Positions 51,319-62,340 of a DNA stretch of 64,000 nt are shown here, one piece after another; positions within the stretch are counted from its first letter, which is position 1; every line of letters begins with the position of its first letter. A program made the position numbers and the translations under genes. Origin of the DNA: an uncultured Clostridia bacterium (GTDB taxonomy: Bacteria > Bacillota > Clostridia > Christensenellales > Borkfalkiaceae); NCBI GenBank assembly GCA_944376295.1, contig CALWCE010000003.1, positions 10,723 to 74,722 of the forward strand, written 5' to 3'. Below the pieces are notes generated by a model that made no database searches, was not told where the DNA came from, and saw nothing but the letters and a program-made list of their open reading frames with translations.

Positions 51319-51392
51319 GCCGGATAGTAAAATTTTCTGGTATAACTCGTTTTTTATACCAATTTTGGAAAATCTTGCCTAAATATTGTGGT

Positions 51393-51424
51393 AGAAAAGA
51401 AAAAGACCACAATATCTTGTGGTC
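51393..51424 (-). terminator. Rho-independent terminator of the tRNA gene
   Basis: On the minus strand, 4 nt after the tRNA 3' end: GACCACAA-gata-TTGTGGTC followed by TTTTTCTTTTC. Confidence 0.6.
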
Positions 51425-51428
51425 AAAG

Positions 51429-51503
51429 TGGTACTCCCGGCGGGAATCGAACCCACAACGGCCCCTTAGGAGGGGGCTGTTATATCCATTTAACTACGGA
51501 AGC
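51429..51503 (-). tRNA. tRNA-Arg (anticodon CCU), CCA encoded
   Basis: Manual fold of the reverse complement, GCTTCCGTAGTTAAATGGATATAACAGCCCCCTCCTAAGGGGCCGTTGTGGGTTCGATTCCCGCCGGGAGTACCA. It has a 7-bp acceptor stem (two G.U pairs), a D arm GTTA/TAAC, an anticodon stem GCCCC/GGGGC with loop CT-CCT-AA, and a T arm GTGGG-TTCGATT-CCCGC. Confidence 0.9.
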
Positions 51504-51644
51504 ATATTTTATTATCCCGCTCGGGAATACTTCGTCGCTGCGCTCCTCGTGCCACCGCAAGCGGTGGGGCGAACCCGGAATGATCTTTTATGCCTCTATG
51601 AAGAAGCATATTTTATTATCCCGCCGAAAATACGTCGCCGCGCT
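51499..51644. repeat. Direct repeat of the tRNA 5' end plus upstream flank
   Basis: gaagcatattttattatcccgc occurs at 51499-51520 and 51603-51624 (22/22). Weaker similarity continues ~20 nt (aatac..cgtcgcYgcgct). Confidence 0.8.
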
Positions 51645-51765
51645 TGGAACGCTCTTTATTTTACAACGTTTCGCGCAAAAAGGCAACTGTTTTCGAGGGG
51701 GAAGTTTGAAAGTGCCCCCGCGCTGCCCCGATCGCGGTTTCTGTCGGAAAATATCATTCAAACAC

Positions 51766-51793
51766 TTGACAATGAGGCGGGAATATGTATAAT
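51766..51793 (+). promoter_or_regulatory. Sigma-70-type promoter
   Basis: TTGACA 51766-51771, 16-nt spacer, TG-extended TATAAT 51788-51793. Confidence 0.5.
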
Positions 51794-51853
51794 AAAATTA
51801 GATATGATTCAAATGGTTTGCAGTGGATCCGCTGCAGCCGGAAGGGAGGGAAT

Positions 51854-52177
51854 ATGAAATACTGTCCGCATTGCGGAGCAGAACTTGTCGATGATGCCGT
51901 AGTGTGCGTCAAGTGCGGGCGCAGCGTTGCGCCGTCGGCGCCCGTCAGGCAGGAAGACGACACGATGAGCACGGTCGCCAAGGTCTTTCTCATTCTGGGG
52001 TGCATCTCACAGGGGTGGCTGCTTCTGCCGCTCGCGTGGTGCCTTCCCATCACGATCTCGGTTTTTAACCGCCTGCGCGATAAGCGCCCCGTCGGCACGG
52101 GCCTCAAGGTGTGTTCGCTGCTTTTTGTCAGCCTCATCGGCGGGATCTGCCTCTTGTGCATGCACGACGATCGCTGA
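51854..52177 (+). CDS. Zinc-ribbon membrane protein
   Basis: MKYCPHCGAELVDDAVVCVKCG followed by two TM helices. A GGGAGGG RBS precedes the ATG at 51854. Confidence 0.6.
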   Translation: MKYCPHCGAELVDDAVVCVKCGRSVAPSAPVRQEDDTMSTVAKVFLILGCISQGWLLLPLAWCLPITISVFNRLRDKRPVGTGLKVCSLLFVSLIGGICLLCMHDDR

Positions 52178-52216
52178 CATCGTCCTGCAGATAGAAAAAT
52201 TTAAGGAGAGAATATT

Positions 52217-52714
52217 ATGGCTTTCTGTACCAAATGCGGAAAAGAACTCGAGGGCGGCGCGTCTGTCTGCCCGAACTGCGGCGCTCCCGCGCCGTCTGCT
52301 GTCCCGTCTGCGCCTGCCGTGCAGCTCAAGACCAACCGCGGCCTCATCAAGTACGTCCTCTTGTCCATCATCACCCTCGGCATCTACGGCCTTGTCGTCA
52401 TGTCGTCGGTGAGTACGGACATCAACACCATCGCGAGCCGTTACGACGGCAAGAAGACCATGCACTTCTGTCTGCTCGTCTTTCTCGTGAGCTGGCTGAC
52501 GCTGGGTATCGGCGTGCTCGTCTGGCACCACAGGATCTGTTCGAGGATCGGCAAAGAGCTCGACCGCCGCGGCATCGGTTATTCCTTCGGCGCGGGCACC
52601 TTCTGGGGATGGGAGATCCTCGGCGCGCTCATCGCCGTGGGCCCGTTCATCTATCTGCACAAGCTGTTCAAGGCGATGAACCTCCTTTCCGAAGATTACA
52701 ACACGAAAGGCTGA
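52217..52714 (+). CDS. Zinc-ribbon membrane protein (DUF4234-like)
   Basis: MAFCTKCGKELEGGASVCPNCG followed by a TM domain containing the LGIYGL motif. Confidence 0.6.
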   Translation: MAFCTKCGKELEGGASVCPNCGAPAPSAVPSAPAVQLKTNRGLIKYVLLSIITLGIYGLVVMSSVSTDINTIASRYDGKKTMHFCLLVFLVSWLTLGIGVLVWHHRICSRIGKELDRRGIGYSFGAGTFWGWEILGALIAVGPFIYLHKLFKAMNLLSEDYNTKG

Positions 52715-52961
52715 GAAAAAGAGCAGGCAAACGCCTGCTTTTTTTGTGCCCGCGCGGTCTCCCGCTGCGCCGTCGCCGGAAAGAGGGCAGGGGAGCATAA
52801 GAAGAAGTCTTATAACGGGAAGAGGGCTCATCCGCGCCCATTTCGGGGGAAGGAATGTGTTATCCATAAGTCACGCTTATAATTCATATAACGAACGCGA
52901 AACGGCGAACGCGCGAATGCGGGGGTAAAATCTTTGCGTTCGGCTGCGCGTTCTGCTATAA

Positions 52962-54347
<1,386 letters not shown>

Positions 54348-54376
54348 GATCTGCTGTTGGGAATAATAAAATTGAG

Positions 54377-54403
54377 ATCGGCGGAGTTTTTCCGCCGATT
54401 TTC
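54377..54403 (+). terminator. Rho-independent terminator of gdhA
   Basis: ATCGGCGGA-gtttt-TCCGCCGAT followed by TTTC. Confidence 0.65.
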
Positions 54404-54519
54404 ACATTCTTTGTCCCGTCTTCAATTTTTCACGATTGACTTTTGAACGATAACATGTTACAATAGCACAGTATGAAGTCAATAACGCGGGCGATCTCCG
54501 CGGAAATGGAGTATAGTGA

Positions 54520-55785
54520 ATGAACAAGTATCAGGAAGAAGCGGTCCGTGCCATATCGGACCTCGTCAGGACAGATTCCTCGTTCTCCAAAGGAACACCG
54601 GAAAAGCCTTTCGGCGAAGGTGCGGCAAAATGCCTGCAAGATTTTCTCTCCCTTGCGGAAGAGATGGGGTTCGAAACGCAGAACTATGAGAATTATATCG
54701 GCGAAGTCTCTTACGGGAGAGGGGAAGATCTTGCCGTCCTCTGTCATCTCGACGTCGTTCCCGCAGGGAACGGCTGGACGCACGATCCCTTCGGCGGCGA
54801 AGTTTCGGACGGGAAGATCTGGGGGCGCGGTACGACGGACGACAAGGGTCCTGCCGTTTGTGCGCTCTTCGCCCTGAAAGCGCTCAAGGACAAGGGTTTC
54901 GTGCCGCAAAGGACGATCAAACTCATCGTCGGGTGCAACGAGGAGGACGGATGGCGGTGTATCGAATACTATAATAAGGTCGCAAGGCTCCCCCGCGACG
55001 GATTTTCGCCCGATGCGGAATTCCCCGTCATCTATGCGGAAAAGGGGATCCTGCAGGTGCGGTTCCACTTTGAATTCGACCGTGCGCCCTTCCTCTATCT
55101 GCAGGGAGGGGAGGCGCCCAACATGGTCTGCAGCAGATGCGAAGCGCTGCCCAGGAGCGTCCAGGCGTCGCGTGCGGAAAAGTGCGGGTTAACGACGAAG
55201 GGGAAAAAGCTCATCGCCTACGGAAAAAGCGCGCACGGTTCCACGCCCGAGCTCGGCGAGAACGCCATCCTTCCCATCCTCAGGTATTTTGAGCGCGACA
55301 GCGTCATCAAGTATATCATCGACAGTCTCTTCAACGATCAATACGGCCTGACGGAGCTCAAAGACGATACGGGCAGGCTCACGATGTCTCCCAACATGAT
55401 CAAGTTCCGCAAGAGCCAGCTGCAGGTCGTCACCGATTTCCGCTATCCCGCCTCCTTCACCCTTGCCGATATCATGCATGAGATCGATAAGCTCGGCGTG
55501 CCTTACGAGACCATTCATCATCAGGCGCCCATCTTCCACGGGAAGGACAGCGCGCTCGTAAGAACGCTCGGCGAGGTCTTCGAAGAGTGTACAGGGCAAA
55601 AGGCGGAGCCCATTGCCATCGGCGGCGGCACTTATGCGCGCGCCCTCGAGAACGGCGTCGGGTTCGGTCCGGAGTTCCCTGGCGACGAGCCGGTCGCGCA
55701 TCAGCCCGACGAGTATATCCTCGTCGAACGCGTGGGGCTGCTCATCGACATCTATCAAAAAGCGCTCGAACGGCTGACCGCATGA
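54520..55785 (+). CDS. M20-family dipeptidase (PepV/Sapep-like)
   Basis: 421 aa with HLDVVPAG...GRGTTDDKGP metal-binding motifs typical of M20 dipeptidases. Confidence 0.8.
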   Translation: MNKYQEEAVRAISDLVRTDSSFSKGTPEKPFGEGAAKCLQDFLSLAEEMGFETQNYENYIGEVSYGRGEDLAVLCHLDVVPAGNGWTHDPFGGEVSDGKIWGRGTTDDKGPAVCALFALKALKDKGFVPQRTIKLIVGCNEEDGWRCIEYYNKVARLPRDGFSPDAEFPVIYAEKGILQVRFHFEFDRAPFLYLQGGEAPNMVCSRCEALPRSVQASRAEKCGLTTKGKKLIAYGKSAHGSTPELGENAILPILRYFERDSVIKYIIDSLFNDQYGLTELKDDTGRLTMSPNMIKFRKSQLQVVTDFRYPASFTLADIMHEIDKLGVPYETIHHQAPIFHGKDSALVRTLGEVFEECTGQKAEPIAIGGGTYARALENGVGFGPEFPGDEPVAHQPDEYILVERVGLLIDIYQKALERLTA

Positions 55786-55897
55786 GCGAAGAAGGCTTCT
55801 TCCGTTCCCGAAGGAGCCTTCAGGTTTTTTGGAGCGTATGGTTGACAGGGGCGGCGGGGGCATGGTATAATGGAACAAAGAAAAAAGGAGCGAATGC

Positions 55898-56590
55898 GTG
55901 ATGAAAAAGAGAAATCTTATTGCTTCTGCCCTGGCGGTCGGATTGGCCGCGGTATCCGTGATCGGTCTTGCCGCCTGCGATACGCCCGACGACGAGACGA
56001 AGGAGATCGTTTTCCCCGAGGGCGCAGTCATGACTGCGGACGGGATCTTCGAGACCGATATCGTCGACCCGTGGGAGACAGAGGTCCGGCTCACCGGCGA
56101 TGAGGGTAAGAGGATCGAGATCGTTTCGGGATATCTGAACGGAAATTCCGTCGGCACGACCATCGTCGTGAAAAATCATTCGGACGAGGGGAAGGTGTCT
56201 CCCATGCCCGGCATTGCCGAACGCAACGACACATACGAATGGCAGCCGCAGGGGATGCCCTATTTCGAATGGCTGGAAAAAGTGCAGAATGCCGCCGACC
56301 GTTCCGCAATGGCGGCGCTGAAAGCGGAAGATCACGTTTCGCTCGTTGTTTACCGCGACGGCCATCCCGTGGCATATTTCGTCTGGAAGTACGTTGCCGA
56401 AGGGTTCGGCGCCACGATCAGCGGGAATTATTCCTATTATGACGAACAGGTCGTCCGTATCCCCGTCGTTGCGAGGGAACTGCCCCTCGTCGACGGACAG
56501 TATCAGGAAGTCGATGAGGCATGGGTCGACGCGCGCATCGCGTACTATGTCGGCATGCACAGCGAGGCGACGGACAGCAATCCCGCCTGA
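55898..56590 (+). CDS. Lipoprotein of unknown function
   Basis: The signal peptide MMKKRNLIASALAVGLAAVSVIGLAAC carries a lipobox. Confidence 0.55.
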   Translation: MMKKRNLIASALAVGLAAVSVIGLAACDTPDDETKEIVFPEGAVMTADGIFETDIVDPWETEVRLTGDEGKRIEIVSGYLNGNSVGTTIVVKNHSDEGKVSPMPGIAERNDTYEWQPQGMPYFEWLEKVQNAADRSAMAALKAEDHVSLVVYRDGHPVAYFVWKYVAEGFGATISGNYSYYDEQVVRIPVVARELPLVDGQYQEVDEAWVDARIAYYVGMHSEATDSNPA

Positions 56591-56687
56591 ACAAGACGAT
56601 CGCAAAGGGCTCCCGCGGGAGCCCTTTTTGCATATCTGCTTGACGGTAAAAAGGAAATGTGTTACAATAAAGCGCAGGGAGGCAGAT

Positions 56688-57401
56688 ATGCACGAGGGAC
56701 ACCGAAAACGTATGCTGGAGCGGCTGGAACATGCCGAAAGTTCCCTTGAGGAGCATGAACTTTTGGAGATCCTGCTCTTTAACGCCATCCCGCGGAAGAA
56801 CACAAACGAGCTGGCGCACGCGCTTCTTTCGGCGTTCGGGAGCCTGGACGCCCTCTTTCATGCGGGCTTGGATGAGCTCAAAGCCGTGCCGGGCGTGGGA
56901 GGAGCCACCGCCGCATACCTGCGCATCATCGGTATGTTTCTGGAGCGGGCGGAGGTCAAACAGCCTGTTTTCCCGTCCGCGTTCAGCTTTGCCGCGTTCC
57001 GTCCCTATCTTTTAGAACGCTTCCGCGGCGTTTCGGAGGAGTATGTCGAGCTGTATTCGCTCGACAGGCGGGACGCCGTGAAGTGCGTCCGCCGCTTTAC
57101 TTCGCAGAAGCCGTATCACGCGAGCGTCGATCCCAAAGAGATCACCCGCTTTCTGGTGGGGTCCAAACCTTTTGCAATGGTGGCGGTACACAATCATGTG
57201 AACGGACCCGCGACGCCCTCGGGAGAGGACGACGACTTTACGGCGCAGCTCGAGATCTTGTGCTCCATGCATAACGTCGCCCTGCGCGACCACATCATCT
57301 GCAGCCCGGAGGGGACTTACAGTTATTTTCTTTCGGGTAAGCTCAACGAGCTCTCTGCCCGTTTCAGCATTTCAAGTGTCTTGGGGAGGGATCACACTTG
57401 A
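56688..57401 (+). CDS. radC: RadC-family JAB-domain protein
   Basis: Starts MHEGHRKRMLERL with a GGGAGG RBS. It has an HhH region LKAVPGVGGATA and the JAMM motif HNHVNGPATPSGEDD. Confidence 0.8.
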   Translation: MHEGHRKRMLERLEHAESSLEEHELLEILLFNAIPRKNTNELAHALLSAFGSLDALFHAGLDELKAVPGVGGATAAYLRIIGMFLERAEVKQPVFPSAFSFAAFRPYLLERFRGVSEEYVELYSLDRRDAVKCVRRFTSQKPYHASVDPKEITRFLVGSKPFAMVAVHNHVNGPATPSGEDDDFTAQLEILCSMHNVALRDHIICSPEGTYSYFLSGKLNELSARFSISSVLGRDHT

Positions 57402-58627
57402 GCTTAAAAGAACGTTTCGAACGCAATCCGATCCCCTTCGAGCGGATGGCGGCGATCGGCAAGGTGCTCATCTTTCTTGCGCTCGTGCTTGCCGAGATCA
57501 TCCTCGCGGTGGACTGCCGCAACGCGGAAGTGGAGGGGATCCCCGCGCTTCTCGTCATCCTGCCCGTTTCTGCGGCGCTGGCGGCGGAAAACGCCGTCAA
57601 GCTGTTTGCTCTGCGCTCTTTTAAGCGCCGCATCGTCTGTTATGTCATCGATATCCTTCTTCTGCTCGTGCTCACCTATTTTTCGGGCGGAAGACTCATT
57701 TCGACGCTCTTTGTCGTCATCCTTTCGGAGTTCTATCTGAGCCAGGAAAAGCTCGCGGGCAACATCGCGATGGGCGTGTGCAGTTCCGTCCTGTATCTTG
57801 CGATGCTCGCCGTTTCGCAGATGCTGCGCGATGAGCCCGTCGCGCTGGACGTGCTCATCTCCAACGCCTTCGAAGACCTCATCATCTTCGTCCTGCATTT
57901 CCTCATCATGAACTTCCTGCTCCTCATCTACCGCAAGAACGAGGAGATCGCAAAGCGCGTCAAGGAGCTCGACGAGAGCAACAAAAAGCTTGCCGAGGCG
58001 ATGGAAAAGCTCAAAGAAGTGACGGCGCTCGAGGAGCGTCAGCGCATCGCCAAAGATATCCACGATACGGCAGGGCATTCCATCACGACGGTCATCATGC
58101 AGACGGAGGCGGCAAAGCTTGCCATCGAACGCGACCCCGAAGGGGCGAAGCGCTCCGTCGTGGCTGCCAATCTGCAGGCAAAGCACGCCCTCGAGGAACT
58201 GCGCGAAAGCGTGCATCTCCTTTCGGGCAGCCGCACGCAGATGACGCTCAAAGACATGCTGCTCGATATCATCCACGAATCGACGGACGGGACGGGCATC
58301 GCGGTGCGCTGCGATATCGACGACGTCGGGCTGTGCGACGCCAAGTGCCGCTTTTTGTGCAACACGCTCAAAGAGGGGATCTCGAACGGGCTGCGCCACG
58401 GCAAGGCGACGGCGTTCTATTTCGAACTCAAAAAAGGGGAGAAGGACGTGAGTTTCCTGCTCTCCGACAACGGCACGGGAATGGATATCTCCGCGCTCAG
58501 AGAGGGGTTCGGGCTCAAGGGCATGCACAGCCGCGCGGCGAGCCTCGGCGGCATGGTGTGGTTCGAAACGGAGATAGACGAAGGATTTGAAATTCATTTG
58601 CGCCTTCCGCTCGACGGCGGGCGCTGA
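57398..58627 (+). CDS. Sensor histidine kinase (HisKA_3 / NarL-partner type), polytopic N-terminus
   Basis: At least 5 TM helices, the H-box HDTAGHSITTV, and ATP-lid motifs SDNGTGM and GFGLKGM. TTG 57398 overlaps the radC stop; the start is uncertain. Confidence 0.8.
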   Translation: MSLKERFERNPIPFERMAAIGKVLIFLALVLAEIILAVDCRNAEVEGIPALLVILPVSAALAAENAVKLFALRSFKRRIVCYVIDILLLLVLTYFSGGRLISTLFVVILSEFYLSQEKLAGNIAMGVCSSVLYLAMLAVSQMLRDEPVALDVLISNAFEDLIIFVLHFLIMNFLLLIYRKNEEIAKRVKELDESNKKLAEAMEKLKEVTALEERQRIAKDIHDTAGHSITTVIMQTEAAKLAIERDPEGAKRSVVAANLQAKHALEELRESVHLLSGSRTQMTLKDMLLDIIHESTDGTGIAVRCDIDDVGLCDAKCRFLCNTLKEGISNGLRHGKATAFYFELKKGEKDVSFLLSDNGTGMDISALREGFGLKGMHSRAASLGGMVWFETEIDEGFEIHLRLPLDGGR

Positions 58628-58636
58628 GGAGGAGTT

Positions 58637-59281
58637 ATGATCAAAGTCCTGATCGCGGACGACCAGGCGATCCTCGCCGACGGCATCAAGAGCGTGCTCT
58701 CGTCGGATGACGGGATCGAAGTCACGGGCATCGCGCCGAACGGGGAGGAGGCCGTGCGCCTCACGGAACTGCAAAGACCGGACGTCGTGCTCATGGATAT
58801 CAGGATGCCCGTCATGAACGGCGTCATCGCGACGCAGCAGATCAAGCGGAAATTTCCCGAAGTCAAAGTGCTCGTTTTAACGACGTTTGACGACAGCGAC
58901 TATATCCTGGGCGCCATCAACAACGGCGCGAGCGGGTATCTTTTGAAGGATACCTCCGCTTCGGCGCTCATCGATTCCATCAAGAACGCCTATGCGGGGG
59001 ATACCATCCTGCCCGCCAAGATCGCCCGCCATATCGCCGACGCCGCGCGCATGGTGGGGAGCGACCGCGAACTCAGGCTGAAGCGCGCCTTTTCCTTTTC
59101 CGACCGTGAAACGGAGATCGCGCTCATGCTCCTTGACGGATTTACGAACAAACAGATCGCTTCGGCGCTGAAACTTTCGGACGGTACGGCGCGCAATTAT
59201 ATCTCGTCCATCTATGAAAAGACGGGCGCGGACGGCAGGGCGAGCGCCATTGCCGCCCTTTCGGAAGCGGCGAAAAAGTGA
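58637..59281 (+). CDS. Response regulator, NarL/LuxR family
   Basis: Receiver domain (DDQ..DVVLMDIRMP) plus a LuxR HTH (ETEIALMLLDGFTNKQIASALKLSDGTARNYISSIYEK). Confidence 0.88.
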   Translation: MIKVLIADDQAILADGIKSVLSSDDGIEVTGIAPNGEEAVRLTELQRPDVVLMDIRMPVMNGVIATQQIKRKFPEVKVLVLTTFDDSDYILGAINNGASGYLLKDTSASALIDSIKNAYAGDTILPAKIARHIADAARMVGSDRELRLKRAFSFSDRETEIALMLLDGFTNKQIASALKLSDGTARNYISSIYEKTGADGRASAIAALSEAAKK

Positions 59282-59429
59282 CTGCGGGCTCCTTGTCCGC
59301 ACGGCGGCGCTCCGCATCTTTCCCGGGTGCGGGGCGTTTTCACGCAATATGCACCTTTGCAAGATTGACGAACGCCGAATAAGAAGGTATAATATAGGAA
59401 ACATTTCAAAATGAGAGGACTTATGCCGT

Positions 59430-60665
59430 ATGGAAAAGCAATATGAAGAGGGCGTGTCGGTCGGAGAGCTGTGCCGCATGATCGGAAAGCATATCTGGAA
59501 GGTGCTGCTTGCATCGGCTGCCTGCGCCGTCGTGCTCACCCTTCTCTTTGCCTTTGTCGTCAACCCGCTGAGCAGAGAGTATTCGATGGAGTTTTACCTT
59601 TCTTATCCCGGAAGCGACACGCTCAAGTATCCAGACGGCTCGTCGTTTTCCTACCGGGAGCTCATCGCCTATGAAGCGCTGTCTTCGGCGCGCAATTCCG
59701 ACGAGAGCCTCAGTTCCGTCGATATCGATAAGATGGTGAAGGAAGACGATATCGGCGTGACTGCGGAATTTGTCACCGTCAACGAGAGATATGTCCAGAC
59801 GGGAGATTATACCATCACCGTGCAGGGGAAATATTTTTCTTCCCGCGAAACGGCGCAGCTTTTTATCCGCAAGCTGGCGGAGACTGCCGTAGATTCCGTG
59901 ATCGGGAAAGCGTCCGGGGTCGCATATACCATCGATACCGAAGTGTTTTCGCAGGCGACGTTCAGCGAGAAGCTCACCCTGCTTGCCGAACAGCGCGAGA
60001 GCATCCTTTCCGCGTATGACGAGTGGATCGCAGAATACCGCAGCGGATATCAGGCGGGCGGGAAGACGCTCTCTCAATACCGCGCGGAAGCCGCCGTTGC
60101 CTGCGGCGAGAGCGAACTTGCCACGCTGCAGAACGAGTTGGAGATGCGCGGCTATGTGCCTCTCGACGAGATGGACGGGCGTATCGCCGAGCTCAAGCTC
60201 GAACAGGTGCTCAACGAAGAGAAGATCGCCGCCCTCAGAGAAACGCTCGATTCCATGACGACAGGCATCGGTTCGGACAGTGCGATCGCCGAAATGATCG
60301 CCGAACTCGTCGTGCGGAACGTGCAGATCGAGAGCGAGATCGCGGCGCTCACCGAGGAGAACATCTCCGCGTTCGAAGGGAAAGTGCAGAAGCTTTACAA
60401 TGCGATGCAGAGCGCGGCAGAGACGCTGCGTTCGGTCTCCGTGGCGCTCTGCGAGCAGGAGACGAATGTCCATTTTATCACCAACCGCGCCGCCGTCTCG
60501 GGAGAGATCAGCCTGGCGGTCATCGCGGTCGGCGGATTTCTCCTCGGCTTCCTTGTCGCGGGCATTGTCGTCTGCCGGATGGGGCTCAAACGTCCCGCCG
60601 ATGCGGCATCCCCCGAGGACGGGGAAAAACAGGCGGACCCGGACGGAGAGCATGACGGCGAATAA
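59430..60665 (+). CDS. Membrane protein with Wzz-like (N- and C-terminal TM, coiled periplasmic domain) topology
   Basis: 411 aa with TM helices near aa 25-45 and 370-392. The assignment rests on topology alone. Confidence 0.4.
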   Translation: MEKQYEEGVSVGELCRMIGKHIWKVLLASAACAVVLTLLFAFVVNPLSREYSMEFYLSYPGSDTLKYPDGSSFSYRELIAYEALSSARNSDESLSSVDIDKMVKEDDIGVTAEFVTVNERYVQTGDYTITVQGKYFSSRETAQLFIRKLAETAVDSVIGKASGVAYTIDTEVFSQATFSEKLTLLAEQRESILSAYDEWIAEYRSGYQAGGKTLSQYRAEAAVACGESELATLQNELEMRGYVPLDEMDGRIAELKLEQVLNEEKIAALRETLDSMTTGIGSDSAIAEMIAELVVRNVQIESEIAALTEENISAFEGKVQKLYNAMQSAAETLRSVSVALCEQETNVHFITNRAAVSGEISLAVIAVGGFLLGFLVAGIVVCRMGLKRPADAASPEDGEKQADPDGEHDGE

Positions 60666-60933
60666 ACGCTATTTTGCCTATCTCCTCCTCTGCGCGGACG
60701 GGAGCTATTATGCGGGTTATACCACCGACCTTGCGCGCCGCGCCGCCGTTCACAATGCGGGGAAGGGCGCAAAGTACACGAAGAGCCGTTTGCCCGTCAC
60801 CCTTGTCTACTTCGAGGAATTTGACAGCGAGCACGCCGCAAGAAGCCGCGAGTGGCACTTAAAGCGGCTGACGCATGCAGAAAAAGAGGCGCTCGCGGAG
60901 AAAGGGGTCCCCGCAACGGAGTTGTCATGTTGA
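60652..60933 (+). CDS. GIY-YIG nuclease-family protein (UPF0213-like)
   Basis: 93 aa; YFAYLLLCADGSYYAGYTTDLARRAAVHNAGKGAKYT is a GIY-YIG motif pair. Confidence 0.75.
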   Translation: MTANKRYFAYLLLCADGSYYAGYTTDLARRAAVHNAGKGAKYTKSRLPVTLVYFEEFDSEHAARSREWHLKRLTHAEKEALAEKGVPATELSC

Positions 60934-61721
60934 AACACCACGAAGAGAGTATCAGAAACCTCGTTTCCTACTATAAAGAGGAAGAGGGCGTAATCGCCGT
61001 CGTCCTGGACGGCTCCATCGTGCACGGCAACGCGCGGCCCGATTCCGACATCGACGCCGTCATCGTCGTCACGGAAGAAGAATACGAAAAACGCAAGAGG
61101 GAGAACCGCCTTGCCGAAGTCGTCACGGGGCACTGCACCTACGAGGGCGGTTATTTCGACGTCAAGTTCAAGAGCAAAAAAGTGCTGGAACTTGCGGCGG
61201 AACGCGCGAGCGAACCCACCCGCAACGCCTATCTCGGCGCCGTCACCGTCTATACGAAGGATGAGAGCATCGAGGGGCTTATCGGGCGCATCTCCGCCTA
61301 TCCCGAAGGGGAAATCGCCGCCAAAGTGCGCTGTTTTAACAGCAATTTGCAGCTCAACCGCGGCTATTTCCTCGCCTGCGTTAAAGAGGACAACGCCTAC
61401 ATGCGCGCCCATCTTGCTCAGGAGATCGTCTACTCGGTCTACCGCCTCATCCTTCTCGAAAACCGCGTGCTCTTCCCCTGCAACCGCCGTTTGGAAGACG
61501 CCGTGCGCGCCTGTCCTCACCGCCCCGCAAACATTTTAGAGCTGGGCGCCGCCTTTTTGAAGGACATTTCTACAGAGAAGTGCGAAGCGTTCGTCACCGC
61601 CTTTTGGGCGCAGAGCGTGCTCCCTTTGACCGATGACGTGAGCGAAAACTGCTCGGCTTACGTTCATTTTTACGAGGATTGGTGGATGGAAGAACGTCCG
61701 CCCTTCCCCAACGAATGGTGA
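60927..61721 (+). CDS. Nucleotidyltransferase-domain protein
   Basis: GSIVHGNARPDSDIDAVIVV is a Pol-beta-type G[SG]...DxD motif. The ATG at 60927 overlaps the upstream stop (ATGTTGA). Confidence 0.6.
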   Translation: MLKHHEESIRNLVSYYKEEEGVIAVVLDGSIVHGNARPDSDIDAVIVVTEEEYEKRKRENRLAEVVTGHCTYEGGYFDVKFKSKKVLELAAERASEPTRNAYLGAVTVYTKDESIEGLIGRISAYPEGEIAAKVRCFNSNLQLNRGYFLACVKEDNAYMRAHLAQEIVYSVYRLILLENRVLFPCNRRLEDAVRACPHRPANILELGAAFLKDISTEKCEAFVTAFWAQSVLPLTDDVSENCSAYVHFYEDWWMEERPPFPNEW

Positions 61722-62335
61722 GGTTTGCCGCCCTCCGCTTCACGGAGGATGAAAACATCCGGGACCGCGTCTATTGGTACCGCTGCGCCTTCGAAGTAAA
61801 GGCGGGTGAGCGGGTGCTCGCGCCCGTCGGCTCGCACGATCGGTTGCAGTGCGCCCGCGTGGAGCGAGTCCTTCTGGCAGAAGAAGGGGATGCGCCTTAC
61901 GATATGGCGCTTTTGAAAGACGTCGCCGCGCCTTTGGGCGCGCGCTCCTTTTTGTGGGAGGGCAGGACGTGCTTTGAACTCGGCGGCGTGCGGTACGATC
62001 AAAAGCGGTTCACCCGCTTTCACGTCTTTGCCTGCCTCTTCGGCGATGTGCCCGTCTCCGTACCCGCAGGATACGCTCTTATTCCCGTTTCGGGCGGGGA
62101 AGACCTCTTTGAGCGGGAGGAGACGTTTGAACTCTTCGCCCGCCTTGCAGACCTTCGCGAAGGCGCGCTTCTGTGCGGGAAGGAGGGGACGCTCAAGCTG
62201 CTCGCCTCGGCGCTTCTGGAGCTCGCGGGCGCGCAGGGCAAAGTGCGCATTTCTCCCCTCGGCGCGGAAGGGTATCTTGCCGACCTCGGCTATCCCCAAG
62301 AGGTGTTGGAGCGGTTGAAGACCAAGCTCCGCTAA
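61715..62335 (+). CDS. Hypothetical protein
   Basis: 206 aa from the ATG at 61715, which overlaps the upstream stop (ATGGTGA). I recognise no family. Confidence 0.4.
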   Translation: MVRFAALRFTEDENIRDRVYWYRCAFEVKAGERVLAPVGSHDRLQCARVERVLLAEEGDAPYDMALLKDVAAPLGARSFLWEGRTCFELGGVRYDQKRFTRFHVFACLFGDVPVSVPAGYALIPVSGGEDLFEREETFELFARLADLREGALLCGKEGTLKLLASALLELAGAQGKVRISPLGAEGYLADLGYPQEVLERLKTKLR

Positions 62336-62340
62336 CAAAT

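Larger units (their letters stand above)
17033..51380 (+). mobile_element. Integrative conjugative element (~34 kb) inserted just downstream of tRNA-Arg(CCU); ends approximate
   Basis: The gene set is complete: regulators, relaxase, T4CP, VirB4/VirB6/VirB2-like, ArdC, MTase, xis and a tyrosine integrase at the right end. It is flanked by terminators at 16966-16989 and 51393-51424. Loosely similar ~60-bp AT-rich arms lie at 17033-17094 and 51319-51380. Confidence 0.6.

Noticed and set aside
51294-51857. 187-aa plus-strand ORF spanning the tRNA region
   Set aside because: It reads through the antisense of tRNA-Arg and two terminators, so it is spurious.
52007-52867. 286-aa minus-strand ORF and overlapping 188-aa plus-strand ORF (52234-52800)
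   Set aside because: They overlap two plus-strand zinc-ribbon membrane genes that have RBSs and sensible TM topology. Their R/A/G-rich composition is typical of GC-rich shadow frames.
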